Source of the DNA: a virus
Taxonomy: Duplodnaviria; Caudoviricetes
IMG/VR virus record: IMGVR_UViG_3300049781_000020
Location: 1 to 30,246 of that record
Length of the DNA stretch: 30,246 nucleotides
Strand: one strand, 5' to 3'
This document shows, one piece after another, positions 7,071 through 15,711 of this stretch. Below the pieces are notes generated by a model. It was given only the letters and a program-made list of their open reading frames with translations, was not told the DNA's origin and ran no database searches. The translations under genes were made by a program, and so were the position numbers. The number at the start of each line of letters is the position of its first letter. Position 1 is the stretch's first letter.

Positions 7071-7346
7071 GTGAGCGTCGCCGACAAGATCGCTCAGGAG
7101 ATCGACGACCTCCACGCCGAGGCCACGTCGCCCGGCATGGCCGCCGTCGCTCTCGACCTCGCGAAGGCGATCGACAGCACGAACGTCCCCGGCGCGAAGG
7201 CGCAGGCGGCTCACCAGCTCAGGGCGATCATCGCCGACCTGCGTCGTCTGGCGCCCGTGGAGACGAAGGGGGACGCGGTCGATGACATTGCTGAGCAGCG
7301 AGCGAAGCGCCGAGCAGCAGCCCAGCGGCAGGCATCCGACGGCTGA
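7071..7346 (+). CDS. terS: Terminase small subunit (91 aa)
   Basis: GGAGGTG RBS before GTG; helical protein with ALDLAKAID and DAVDDIAEQRAKRR motifs; directly upstream of terL. Confidence 0.75.
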   Translation: MSVADKIAQEIDDLHAEATSPGMAAVALDLAKAIDSTNVPGAKAQAAHQLRAIIADLRRLAPVETKGDAVDDIAEQRAKRRAAAQRQASDG

Positions 7347-7356
7347 GGGCGACGTC

Positions 7357-8814
7357 GTGTACGGCTGGCAGACGCCCCCCGTCCAGACCGCACCCCCCGC
7401 AGCGACGAGTGCGGGCCAGGAGGCCATCGACCTCGCCGCCCGCGCTGGGCTGGTCCTGGACCCCTGGCAGCAGCACATCCTGCGTGTCGGCATGGGCGAG
7501 AAGCCGGACGGCACCTGGGCAGCCTTCGAGTGCGTCGTGAACGTCCCCCGCCAGAACGGCAAGGGAGGCGTCATCGAAGCCCGGGTCCTGTGGGGCCTGT
7601 TCATCGGTGGCGAGCGGCTGATCCTGCTGTCGGCGCACGAGTTCAAGACGGCGAAGAACGCGTTCAAGCGGATCGAGCGCCTGATCCGTGGATGCCCTGA
7701 CCTGCACAAACGCGTGAAGGCGTACCGGTACACGGTCGGCGAGGAGTCGATCGAGCTGCACTCGGGGCAGGTGCTGCGTTTCATTGCCCGGTCGAAGGGC
7801 TCAGGGCGAGGCTTCACCGGCGACTGCAACATCCTCGACGAGGACATGATCCTGGGCGACGACGCGATGGACGCGCTGCTGCCGACCATGGCGGCCGTGG
7901 CCAACCCTCAGATCTGGTACCTGGGATCGGCCGGCATCGGCTCTCCGTCGGTGCAGCTCGGTCGTCTGCGGCGCCGCGCGCTCGCCGCGATCGAGGTCGG
8001 CCGCCCGGACCCGTCGCTTGCGTACATGGAGTGGTCGGCGGACCCGCACGTCGATGAATGCCCGACCGACTGCACGGCGCACGACGACCCCGACTCGAAC
8101 GAGGCGGTCCTGAAGTCCAACCCGGCTATCGGCTATCGGCTGACGCTGGAGAAGGTCGCGCGGGAGCGGGCGACGCTCAGCGCCGGCGGCTACGCCCGTG
8201 AGCGGCTCGGTGTGGGCGACTATCCGTCCGACTCGGCGGACACGTGGCAGGTCATCGGCGAGGACGCGTGGCGGGCCCTGGCGGCGGCTGAGAGCGCGCC
8301 GTCTGATCCGGTGGCGTTCGCCATCGACATGACCCCGGAGCGGTCACATGCGGCGATCGCGGTTGCCGGGGAGTGGCGGGGCGGTACGCATGTTGAGGTC
8401 GTGGATCACCGGCCCGGTACGGGCTGGATCCTTGACCGGGCGGCGGACCTGCACGAGAAGTGGCGGCCGCGGTGCTGGGTCGTGGACGCGGGCGGCCCGG
8501 CCGGGTCGCTGATCGCCGACCTGGCGGAGCGGCTCGGCATCGAGGTCGTCTCGCCGAAGGCGCGTGAGGTCGCGGCGGCGTGCGGTCAGTTCTACGACGC
8601 GGTGGCTGATCAGACGCTGTCGCACTTGGACCAGGCGCCCCTGGCCTCGGCGTTGGCGGGCGCGCAGCAGCGCCCACTCGGGGACGCGTGGGCGTGGGCG
8701 CGGCGGATCGTGTCCGTGGACATCAGCCCGCTGGTGGCGGCGACGCTCGCCAAGTGGGGGCTCGGCGCCGAGGTGGAAGAGCCTCCGGGCGACATTCTGA
8801 GCAGCGTGTGGTGA
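7357..8814 (+). CDS. terL: Terminase large subunit (start uncertain; frame open from 7282)
   Basis: LDPWQ Q-motif, Walker A VPRQNGKG, GRG motif, Walker B ILDE, nuclease-domain FAIDMTP and DISPLVA. Confidence 0.93.
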   Translation: MYGWQTPPVQTAPPAATSAGQEAIDLAARAGLVLDPWQQHILRVGMGEKPDGTWAAFECVVNVPRQNGKGGVIEARVLWGLFIGGERLILLSAHEFKTAKNAFKRIERLIRGCPDLHKRVKAYRYTVGEESIELHSGQVLRFIARSKGSGRGFTGDCNILDEDMILGDDAMDALLPTMAAVANPQIWYLGSAGIGSPSVQLGRLRRRALAAIEVGRPDPSLAYMEWSADPHVDECPTDCTAHDDPDSNEAVLKSNPAIGYRLTLEKVARERATLSAGGYARERLGVGDYPSDSADTWQVIGEDAWRALAAAESAPSDPVAFAIDMTPERSHAAIAVAGEWRGGTHVEVVDHRPGTGWILDRAADLHEKWRPRCWVVDAGGPAGSLIADLAERLGIEVVSPKAREVAAACGQFYDAVADQTLSHLDQAPLASALAGAQQRPLGDAWAWARRIVSVDISPLVAATLAKWGLGAEVEEPPGDILSSVW

Positions 8815-8824
8815 GGGGGCAGTC

Positions 8825-9973
8825 GTGAAGTGGTGGCCCTTCCGCCGCACGGCGGTACAGCGGGCGATCTCCTATCAGGACGTGTGGGGTGCCGGCGCCG
8901 ACCCTGCCGTACTGCGCGGCACCGGCCAGGAACGAGCGCTGCGCCTGGGGCCCGTGTACGCGGCCACACGGCTGCTCGCGGACTCGGTGGCGTCCTTGCC
9001 CCTGAAGTCGTACCGCGTGGACGGAGACGACCGTCTGCGGGCCCCGGTGCCTGCGCTGTTCCGGCGCCCGGCCGCGGTCGGCACCCGCTACGACTGGCTG
9101 CACCGGGCCATGACGTCGCTGACACTGCGCGGCAACGCCTACGGCCTGATCGTCGCCTGGGGGCCGGACGGCTGGCCGTCCCAGATCGAGTGGCTGCACC
9201 CAGACGACGTGCACGTCGAGGACAACCTCGCGCCGGTGCCTGTCTGGTACTACAAGGGCCGCCGCCTGGAGGACGGCCAGATGTTCCACATCCCGGCGTA
9301 CACGGTGCCCGGGCAGATCCTGGGGCTCTCGCCGATCGCGTACTTCGCGACGACGACGGAGGCGGGGCTGCTGGCCAACCAGTTCGGCCGGGACTGGTTC
9401 GCGAACGGGTCCACGCCGTCCGCGGTCCTGGAGACGGACATGGTCGTCGACCGGGATGCGGCGACGGTCCTGAAGGCCCGGTTCAAGGAGGCCGCCGAGG
9501 GCCGCGACGTGGTCGCGCTGGGCAACGGGGTGAAGTACCGGGCGATCTCGGTGCCAGCGAACGAGTCGCAGTTCCTGGAGACCATCAAGGCGACCGCGAA
9601 CCAGATCGCCGCGATCTACGGGGTGCCCCCGGAGAAGGTCGGCGGCGAGACCGGCGGAAGCCTCACCTACGCGACGGTCGAGCAGAACAGCATCGACCTG
9701 CTGACGTGGACGCTCCGGCCGTGGCTGGCCCGCCTGGAGGACGCGTTCTCCCTGCTGCGGCCGCCGGCCGAGGAGGCCCGGTTCAACGCGGACGCGATGC
9801 TGCGCACCGACACCCTCACCCGCTATCAGGCGCACCGCATCTCCCGCGCGATCGGCCTGCACAACATCGACGAACTGCGCCGGATGGAAGACGAACCGCC
9901 CCTGCCCGACGGCTTGGGCAAGGACTACGCGCCGCTGGTCAAGGTGGCACCCGACGAAAGCGAGAAGAAGTGA
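8825..9973 (+). CDS. HK97-family portal protein (382 aa)
   Basis: VYAATRLLADSVASLPL, LTLRGNAY, GLSPI, FANGSTPS, SQFLET...IAAIYGVPP, TLRPWLARLE motifs. Confidence 0.95.
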   Translation: MKWWPFRRTAVQRAISYQDVWGAGADPAVLRGTGQERALRLGPVYAATRLLADSVASLPLKSYRVDGDDRLRAPVPALFRRPAAVGTRYDWLHRAMTSLTLRGNAYGLIVAWGPDGWPSQIEWLHPDDVHVEDNLAPVPVWYYKGRRLEDGQMFHIPAYTVPGQILGLSPIAYFATTTEAGLLANQFGRDWFANGSTPSAVLETDMVVDRDAATVLKARFKEAAEGRDVVALGNGVKYRAISVPANESQFLETIKATANQIAAIYGVPPEKVGGETGGSLTYATVEQNSIDLLTWTLRPWLARLEDAFSLLRPPAEEARFNADAMLRTDTLTRYQAHRISRAIGLHNIDELRRMEDEPPLPDGLGKDYAPLVKVAPDESEKK

Positions 9974-10644
9974 ACGGCGACAGTGAGCGTCGGTTCACCC
10001 GCGGCCTCGTCGAGGTCCGGGCGGCCGGCGGCAGCAGGACCATCGGCGGGTACGCCGCGAAGTTCAATACGCTCTCCCGGAACCTGGGCGGCTTCGTGGA
10101 GCGCATCGACCCGGGGTTCTTCGCGAAGTCCGAGGGCGACGGCTGGCCGCGTGTGATGGCCCGCTACAACCACGACGGGAACATGCTGCTGGGCACCAGC
10201 CGGGCGGGCACGCTGCGCCTGCAGACGGACGGCACGGGCCTGGACTACAGCGTCGACGTGCCCGCCGCCCGCGAGGACGTGTACGAGCTGGTCCAGCGCG
10301 GCGACGTGAGCGAGTCGTCGTTCGCGTTCTTCACGTTCGAGGACGACTGGTCGATGACCGACGACGGGTTCCCGGTGCGCACCCTGCTGTCGGGGCAGCT
10401 GGTCGACGTCGCCCCGGTGAACGACCCCGCCTACCTGGACACGTCCACGGGCCTGCGCTCCCTCGCGGAGAAGGCCGGCGCCGAGCTGGCCGAGGTGCGG
10501 GCCGCGGCCGAGGCCGGGGAACTGAAGCGGTTCCTCGGGGCTCCGGCCCCCACGATCATTCCGCCGGGCGGGCAGGGCGACACCCACCCGCTCCTGGCGG
10601 TACGGCGGCGGCGCGCCGAGCTTCTCCAGCGCCGCACCTTCTGA
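9970..10644 (+). CDS. HK97-family prohead protease (224 aa)
   Basis: GTG overlaps portal stop; IGGYAAKFN..S..LGGFVERI, YNHD, SSFAF, DVAPVNDPAYLDT. Confidence 0.93.
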   Translation: MNGDSERRFTRGLVEVRAAGGSRTIGGYAAKFNTLSRNLGGFVERIDPGFFAKSEGDGWPRVMARYNHDGNMLLGTSRAGTLRLQTDGTGLDYSVDVPAAREDVYELVQRGDVSESSFAFFTFEDDWSMTDDGFPVRTLLSGQLVDVAPVNDPAYLDTSTGLRSLAEKAGAELAEVRAAAEAGELKRFLGAPAPTIIPPGGQGDTHPLLAVRRRRAELLQRRTF

Positions 10645-10680
10645 GGCAGGGCGAACCCCACCTCGACACACCACCCACCC

Positions 10681-10720
10681 GGCACCCCTGGCCACCTGGC
10701 CTACGGGTGCCTTCGTCATG
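10681..10720 (+). terminator. Hairpin upstream of capsid gene (terminator-like or mRNA-stabilising)
   Basis: GGCACCC...GGGTGCC followed by TTCGTCATG and the AGGAGG RBS. Confidence 0.45.
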
Positions 10721-10734
10721 CCCAGGAGGGCGAG

Positions 10735-11955
10735 ATGAGTTCGTTCGTCAAGACGCTGCAGGAGCGGCGCGCCAACGTGTGGGAGCAGGCCAAGGAGCTG
10801 CTCGACACCGCCGAGTCGGAGAAGCGGGACCTGACCGCCGAGGAAGAGGCCAAGTACCAGGCCCTGAACGCCGACCTCGACAAGATCGACCAGCGGGCCA
10901 AGGACCTGGTCGAGGCGGAGCAGCGCACCAAGGACGCCGAGGCGGCGTTCGCCGGGCTGCTGGCCAAGCCCGAGAACCCGGCCGCCCGCAAGGGCGAGGA
11001 GAAGGACTCGGAGCTGCGCCGCTGGGCGCGCGGCGAGATGCGCGGCATCGACATCGCCAAGCCCGAGAACATCGCCTTCCGCGACCTCGTCAAGGGCACC
11101 GCGACGGCCGGCGGCAACACGGTCCCGACCACGTTCTACGGCAAGCTGATGGCCCACCTCATCGAGGTGTCCGGCATCATGATGGCCGGTCCGACCGTCC
11201 TGAACACGGCGTCCGGCGAGAGCATCGAGATTCCGGTCACCACCGCGCACTCCAGCGCCGCGCTGACCGCCGAGGCCGCGCCGCTGACCGAGTCGGACCC
11301 GGCGTTCGCCAAGCGGACCCTGGGTGCCTACAAGTACGGCGTGCTGCTGCAGGCGTCCAGCGAGCTGCTCACCGACACCGGCGTCGACCTGGAGGGCTAC
11401 CTGGCCATGCAGGCCGGGCGGGCGCTGGGCAACGCGTTCGGCGTCCACGCCATCACCGGTGACGGCTCCTCGAAGCCGACCGGCGTCATCACCTCGGCGT
11501 CCACCGGAGTGACCGGCGGCACCGGCGTGGTCGGCGCGTTCACCGCCGACAACCTGATCGACCTGTACTACAGCGTCATCGCCCCGTACCGGAACAGCAC
11601 CTCGTGCGGCTGGCTGATGCGGGACGCCACCCTCGGCGCCGCGCGGAAGCTGAAGGACAGCCAGGGCCAGTACCTGTGGCAGCCGTCCATCCAGGTCGGC
11701 GCCCCGGACACCCTCCTGGGCAAGCCGGTCCACACCGACCCGAACGTGGCCGCGGTCGCGGTCAGCGCGAAGTCCGTGGCGTTCGGGGACTTCTCGCAGT
11801 ACTTCGTCCGCCTGGCGGGCGGGGTGCGCTTCGAGCGCTCCGACGACTACGCGTTCAACTCCGACCTGGTCACCTTCCGCGCGATCATCCGCGCAGACGG
11901 GCTGCTCATCGACCAGACCGGCGCCGTGAAGGTCTTCGTCGGCGCCGGGACCTGA
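10735..11955 (+). CDS. HK97-fold major capsid protein with N-terminal delta (scaffold) domain (406 aa)
   Basis: Coiled-coil N-terminus, GGNTVP, SSELLTD, GDGSSKPTG, LKDSQGQYLWQP, LLGKPV, FGDFSQY. Confidence 0.96.
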   Translation: MSSFVKTLQERRANVWEQAKELLDTAESEKRDLTAEEEAKYQALNADLDKIDQRAKDLVEAEQRTKDAEAAFAGLLAKPENPAARKGEEKDSELRRWARGEMRGIDIAKPENIAFRDLVKGTATAGGNTVPTTFYGKLMAHLIEVSGIMMAGPTVLNTASGESIEIPVTTAHSSAALTAEAAPLTESDPAFAKRTLGAYKYGVLLQASSELLTDTGVDLEGYLAMQAGRALGNAFGVHAITGDGSSKPTGVITSASTGVTGGTGVVGAFTADNLIDLYYSVIAPYRNSTSCGWLMRDATLGAARKLKDSQGQYLWQPSIQVGAPDTLLGKPVHTDPNVAAVAVSAKSVAFGDFSQYFVRLAGGVRFERSDDYAFNSDLVTFRAIIRADGLLIDQTGAVKVFVGAGT

Positions 11956-11969
11956 TCCATCCGCGCACA

Positions 11970-11995
11970 GGGCGGCCGCCGGACGGCGGCCGCCC
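11970..11995 (+). terminator. GC-rich hairpin after capsid gene
   Basis: GGGCGGCCGCCG-ga-CGGCGGCCGCCC. Confidence 0.55.
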
Positions 11996-12021
11996 CTCGC
12001 ACCCCTGAGGAGGAATGAACG

Positions 12022-12255
12022 ATGCACGTCCGCATGAACGTGACGATCTCCGGCACCCGCGACGGCCAGCCCTGGCCCAAGCGCGGAGGCGCGGTGGACC
12101 TGCCCGACGACGAGGCCCGGCAGATGATCGCCGCCGGTCTCGCCGAGGAACACGACGGCGAGGACCCCGCCGAGGAGAACGCCGCCAACCCGGCCGAGGC
12201 GGAGAAGGCGGCCGGCCGCCGCAAGCCCATGACGAAGTCCACCGTCGAGAAGTAG
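12022..12255 (+). CDS. Small post-capsid protein (77 aa)
   Basis: GAGGAGG RBS; GGAVDLPDDEARQMIAAGLAEE pattern typical of small genes after actinophage capsid genes. Confidence 0.75.
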   Translation: MHVRMNVTISGTRDGQPWPKRGGAVDLPDDEARQMIAAGLAEEHDGEDPAEENAANPAEAEKAAGRRKPMTKSTVEK

Positions 12256-12270
12256 CCGAGGGAGGACGCC

Positions 12271-12825
12271 GTGGCCCTGCTCACCCTCGCCGAGGCGAAA
12301 GCCCAGCTCGACATCGACACCAGCACCGACGACCTCGAGCTGGAGGTCTACGTCGAGGCGCTGACCGCGGCGATCGAGCGGCACGTCGGGCCGGTGGAGA
12401 CCCGGGAGTTCACCGAGACGGTCGAGGGCCGCAGCAGCAGCCTGTGCCTGTCGCACATCCCGGCGGTCGCCCTGGTGTCCGTGACGCCGGCCGTTGAGGC
12501 CGGTGACGCCCTGGACCTGTCCGCGCTCGTCCTGGACGGTGCGACGGGCATCGTCCGCTACCGGGGCGGCTCGTTCGCCGGGACGCTGTGGCGCGTCACG
12601 TACACGGCGGGCCGCGGCGAGGTCCCGGCCACCATCAACCTGGCCGCGCGGATCCTGCTTCAGCACCTGTGGCGCACCCAGTACGGGGCGTCCCGGGGCC
12701 TGCCCGCGGTCGGGGGCGGCGACGACTTCGCCGTCACCGAGCCGGTCGCGGGCTGGGGCTACGCGATCCCCAACCGTGTGCTGCAGCTGCTGGAGCCGTA
12801 CAAGGTCCCGCCGGGGGTGGCGTAG
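12271..12825 (+). CDS. Head-tail connector/adaptor (HK97 gp6-like, 184 aa)
   Basis: LLTLAEAKAQLDI...DDLELE; VTYTAG..VPATINLAARILLQHLW; C-terminal VLQLLEPY. Confidence 0.85.
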   Translation: MALLTLAEAKAQLDIDTSTDDLELEVYVEALTAAIERHVGPVETREFTETVEGRSSSLCLSHIPAVALVSVTPAVEAGDALDLSALVLDGATGIVRYRGGSFAGTLWRVTYTAGRGEVPATINLAARILLQHLWRTQYGASRGLPAVGGGDDFAVTEPVAGWGYAIPNRVLQLLEPYKVPPGVA

Positions 12826-13290
12826 ATGCTGACCTCCCGCGTGCCTGCCGCGGTCGACGCGCTGCTGGCCATCCTCCGGGCCCGGCCCGGGCTGGAGGGC
12901 GTGCGGATCGTGGACGGCCCGGAGCCGACGAACCTGACGGCGAAGCGCTTCATCTTCGTCGGCTGGTCCCCGATGGGGGAGGCAGCGGTCTCCCTGCAGC
13001 AGGAGTTCAACGGTGCCGGCGCCCGTACCCGAAACGAAGCCTTCCAGATAACCGGGTACGCCGAAGCGCGGTCCGGGGACAAGGACATGGCCGCGCGCCG
13101 CACTGAGGCGTTCGCCCTGGTCGGCGAGATCGAGCAGGCGTTGCGCGCGACCGACGAGGCGCCCGAGGCGCCGACGCTGAACGGCACGGTGCTGTGGGCC
13201 CATCTGACGACCGGCGATCTGCTTCAGCAGCAGTCGGAGGGCAGCACCGCCGGCGTCATCTTCACGGTGACCTGCCAGGCCCGTATCTGA
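12826..13290 (+). CDS. Probable tail terminator/neck protein (154 aa)
   Basis: Position; AVDALLAILRA...IEQALRA..PTLNGTV, beta-rich C-terminus. Confidence 0.65.
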   Translation: MLTSRVPAAVDALLAILRARPGLEGVRIVDGPEPTNLTAKRFIFVGWSPMGEAAVSLQQEFNGAGARTRNEAFQITGYAEARSGDKDMAARRTEAFALVGEIEQALRATDEAPEAPTLNGTVLWAHLTTGDLLQQQSEGSTAGVIFTVTCQARI

Positions 13291-13315
13291 TCCATCCATC
13301 CCAAGGAGTACAGCC

Positions 13316-13540
13316 ATGGCGCGTGTGCGCTTCACGGGTCCGGAACCGGTGACCGTGCCCGAACTCGGTGAGCGCCTCGTCCACCCGGACGAGGTCGTCG
13401 AGGTTCCCGACGAGCGGTTCGACGGCTACGTCTGCCAGCCCGCCACGTGGGAGGCCGTCGAGGAGCCGAAGCAGCAGGACGACGAGGCGGCGCCCCTGCC
13501 GCTTCGCAAGGCGGCCAAGCCGCAGAAGACGGAGGGCTGA
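13316..13540 (+). CDS. Small virion-region protein (74 aa)
   Basis: AAGGAG RBS; VHPDEVVEVPD motif; directly before tail tube gene. Confidence 0.7.
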   Translation: MARVRFTGPEPVTVPELGERLVHPDEVVEVPDERFDGYVCQPATWEAVEEPKQQDDEAAPLPLRKAAKPQKTEG

Positions 13541-13543
13541 TCC

Positions 13544-14530
13544 ATGGCGATCGGATCCGGTCTCGGCGCCCAGCTGGGCATCGCCGCCGAGACGACCTAC
13601 GGCACGTTCGTCGCGCCGGCCAAGTTCATCGAGTTCACCAAGGAGAGCCTGGCTCTTAAGAAGACGACGGCGCAGTCCGCGGGTATCGCGGCCGGGCGGC
13701 TGCTGGCGCTGTCCTCGCGCCGGGTGGTGACCCGCCGGGAGGTGGCGGGCAGCATCGACCTGGAGGTCACCAACAAGGGCATGGGGCTGCTGCTGCAGGC
13801 CCTGATGGGCACCTCGGTCACGCCGGTGCAGGGCGGGGCCGGTCCGGCCTACACGCAGACGCACACGCTGGCGGACACGGCGGGCAAGTCGCTGACGATC
13901 CAGAAGGGCGTGCCGCTGACCACGGGCGCGGTCACCGACAAGACGTTCCTCGGCTGCAAGGTCACCTCGGGTGAGTTCTCGTGCGGGGTCGGGGAGATGC
14001 TCACCGCCACGTTCGAGTTCGACGGCAAGGACTGCGACGAGGGGCAGACGCTGGCGGCCGCGTCCTACGCGAACATGTCGCCGTTCCACTTCGGGCAGAT
14101 GGCGGTGAAGGCTGGCACGTACAGCTCAGAGGTGGCGCTGAACGGCATCCGCAAGGTCTCCTGCAAGATCGAGCGTCCTCAGGATGTGGAGCGGTTCTAC
14201 GCGAACCAGTCCGCGCTGAAGGCGGAGCCGATCTCGAACGACCAGGTGAAGATCACCGGGTCGATCGAGACGGACTACGTCGGCACCGTGCTGGACGACC
14301 TGCACACCTCGGACGGTGCGACGTCCCTGGTGTGGGAGTTCGTCGGCCCGAACATCGCCACGACCTACTTCGAGACGTTCCGCGTCACGCTGCCCGCGAT
14401 CCGCCTCGACGAGGGCCCGCCCGTCGTGGACGGCTTCGGCGTGGTCAAGCCGACGTTCAACTACGTCGGCCTCTTCGACGGCACCAACCCGGTCAAGATC
14501 GAGTACATCTCCACCGACATCGCACTGTGA
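13544..14530 (+). CDS. Major tail (tube) protein (328 aa)
   Basis: MAIGSGLGAQLGIAAETTYGT, SLTIQKG, FLGCKV motifs; Thr/Gly-rich; position. Confidence 0.85.
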   Translation: MAIGSGLGAQLGIAAETTYGTFVAPAKFIEFTKESLALKKTTAQSAGIAAGRLLALSSRRVVTRREVAGSIDLEVTNKGMGLLLQALMGTSVTPVQGGAGPAYTQTHTLADTAGKSLTIQKGVPLTTGAVTDKTFLGCKVTSGEFSCGVGEMLTATFEFDGKDCDEGQTLAAASYANMSPFHFGQMAVKAGTYSSEVALNGIRKVSCKIERPQDVERFYANQSALKAEPISNDQVKITGSIETDYVGTVLDDLHTSDGATSLVWEFVGPNIATTYFETFRVTLPAIRLDEGPPVVDGFGVVKPTFNYVGLFDGTNPVKIEYISTDIAL

Positions 14531-14537
14531 GCCTGCG

Positions 14538-15053
14538 GTGCCGCAGAACATCCGCGTGATCGGCACTGGCCAGCTCCTGGAGCTGCAGGCCAGGCTGCGC
14601 CGGGCCGGTCACGAGAACATCCGCAGCTCGATGCAGCGCCGCATCCGCCGGGCCGCAGAGCCCCTCCGCGACGACCTCCAGGCAGCTGTCCGTGCACAGC
14701 CCTTGAAGTCCACCGGGCGGGCCGCGGGCAAGCGGGGTGGCCCTTCACCCACGTCGCGCCCCTTCCGGGAGAGCATCGCCCGCGCCATCCGGATCAGCGT
14801 CCGCACCGGCGGAAGCCCGGGCGCGAAGGTCTGGCTGGACAAAGCCCGGCTGCCCGCCGACATCCCGATCGGCGCGGTGAACCAGATGAACGAGCTGGGG
14901 CGCCTGCGCCACCCGGTGTTCGGCAACAGGAAGCGCTGGGCCCAGCAGTCCGCCACCCAGGGCTTTTGGGACAAGACCGTGCGCGCGCACCAGCCGCGCA
15001 TCACCCGCGAAGTCGAGCGCATCGTCGACGACGTGCGCAACCGCCTCGGATAG
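14538..15053 (+). CDS. Basic neck/tail-completion protein (HK97 gp10-like, 171 aa)
   Basis: GTG at 14538; LQARLRRAG..., NELGRLRHPVFGNRKRW..FWDKTV; very basic. Confidence 0.6.
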   Translation: MPQNIRVIGTGQLLELQARLRRAGHENIRSSMQRRIRRAAEPLRDDLQAAVRAQPLKSTGRAAGKRGGPSPTSRPFRESIARAIRISVRTGGSPGAKVWLDKARLPADIPIGAVNQMNELGRLRHPVFGNRKRWAQQSATQGFWDKTVRAHQPRITREVERIVDDVRNRLG

Positions 15054-15064
15054 GAGCACCACCC

Positions 15065-15634
15065 GTGATCATCGTCTACACCCCGGCCGACGGCGAGCCC
15101 GAGCACTACGACGCCTCGACCCTGCGCGTGTCCGAGGCGGGCATCGTGCAGCGCACCGTGGACATGAAGTGGCAGGACATCAAGGCCGGGCTGGAGAGCG
15201 ACGACCTGGACGCCATGCGCGGCATCGTGTGGGTGATCAAGAAGCGGTCCACGCCGTCGCTGCGGTTCGGGGAGTTCGACCCGGGCGTGGACGAGATGAC
15301 CTCGCGTATGGACCAGAAGGAGGTCGCCGCCTACGTCGACAACGCGTTCGCCGCGTGCGACGGCGACGACGACCTCACCCCGGAGATGGTGGCCGGCATC
15401 CTGCGGGAGCGGCTGCCCGACGTTGCCGCGGACCCGGAGCACGCCCGCGCTCTGATCGAGGCCAGGGCCCAGGTCCCAAAAGAGACCGTCGCCCGGGCGG
15501 AGGACAGCCCTCAGGAGACAGATCCGTCGCCGCACGGTTCGAGCCCGAGCCCGACATCGAGCGAGCCCGGGACGTCTACCTCGGACTCTTCGCCCACGTC
15601 CTCCACATCCCACCCGGAGACGTCGACGCCCTGA
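15065..15634 (+). CDS. Tail assembly chaperone (gpG-like, 189 aa)
   Basis: GGAG RBS before GTG; acidic; Ser/Thr/Pro-rich tail after the slippery site; lies before tape measure. Confidence 0.8.
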   Translation: MIIVYTPADGEPEHYDASTLRVSEAGIVQRTVDMKWQDIKAGLESDDLDAMRGIVWVIKKRSTPSLRFGEFDPGVDEMTSRMDQKEVAAYVDNAFAACDGDDDLTPEMVAGILRERLPDVAADPEHARALIEARAQVPKETVARAEDSPQETDPSPHGSSPSPTSSEPGTSTSDSSPTSSTSHPETSTP

Positions 15635-15708
15635 CGGTCGGCGACTTCTACAACCTCACCGCCTGGATTGACCAGCACCAGGCCATGCAAGCGGAAGGCG
15701 GTGGGTGA
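15065..15708 (+). CDS. Frameshifted tail assembly chaperone (gpGT-like, ~214 aa) via -1 slip at C CCA AAA (15475-15481)
   Basis: In-frame X XXY YYZ heptamer; -1 frame encodes YLGLFAHVLHIPPGDVDALTVGDFYNLTAWID and stops 3 nt before the tape measure gene. Confidence 0.8.
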
Positions 15709-15711
15709 CCG

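Noticed and set aside
7828-7845. TerL Walker B reading ILDED rather than the more usual DEA, as a sign of inactivation
   Set aside because: The catalytic DE pair and other motifs are present; no evidence of decay
9925-13335. 1136-aa minus-strand ORF, and similar long antisense ORFs at 2364-4742, 15511-18693 and 19407-21890
   Set aside because: Shadow frames opposite well-supported genes; stop codons are scarce in high-GC DNA; no recognisable motifs
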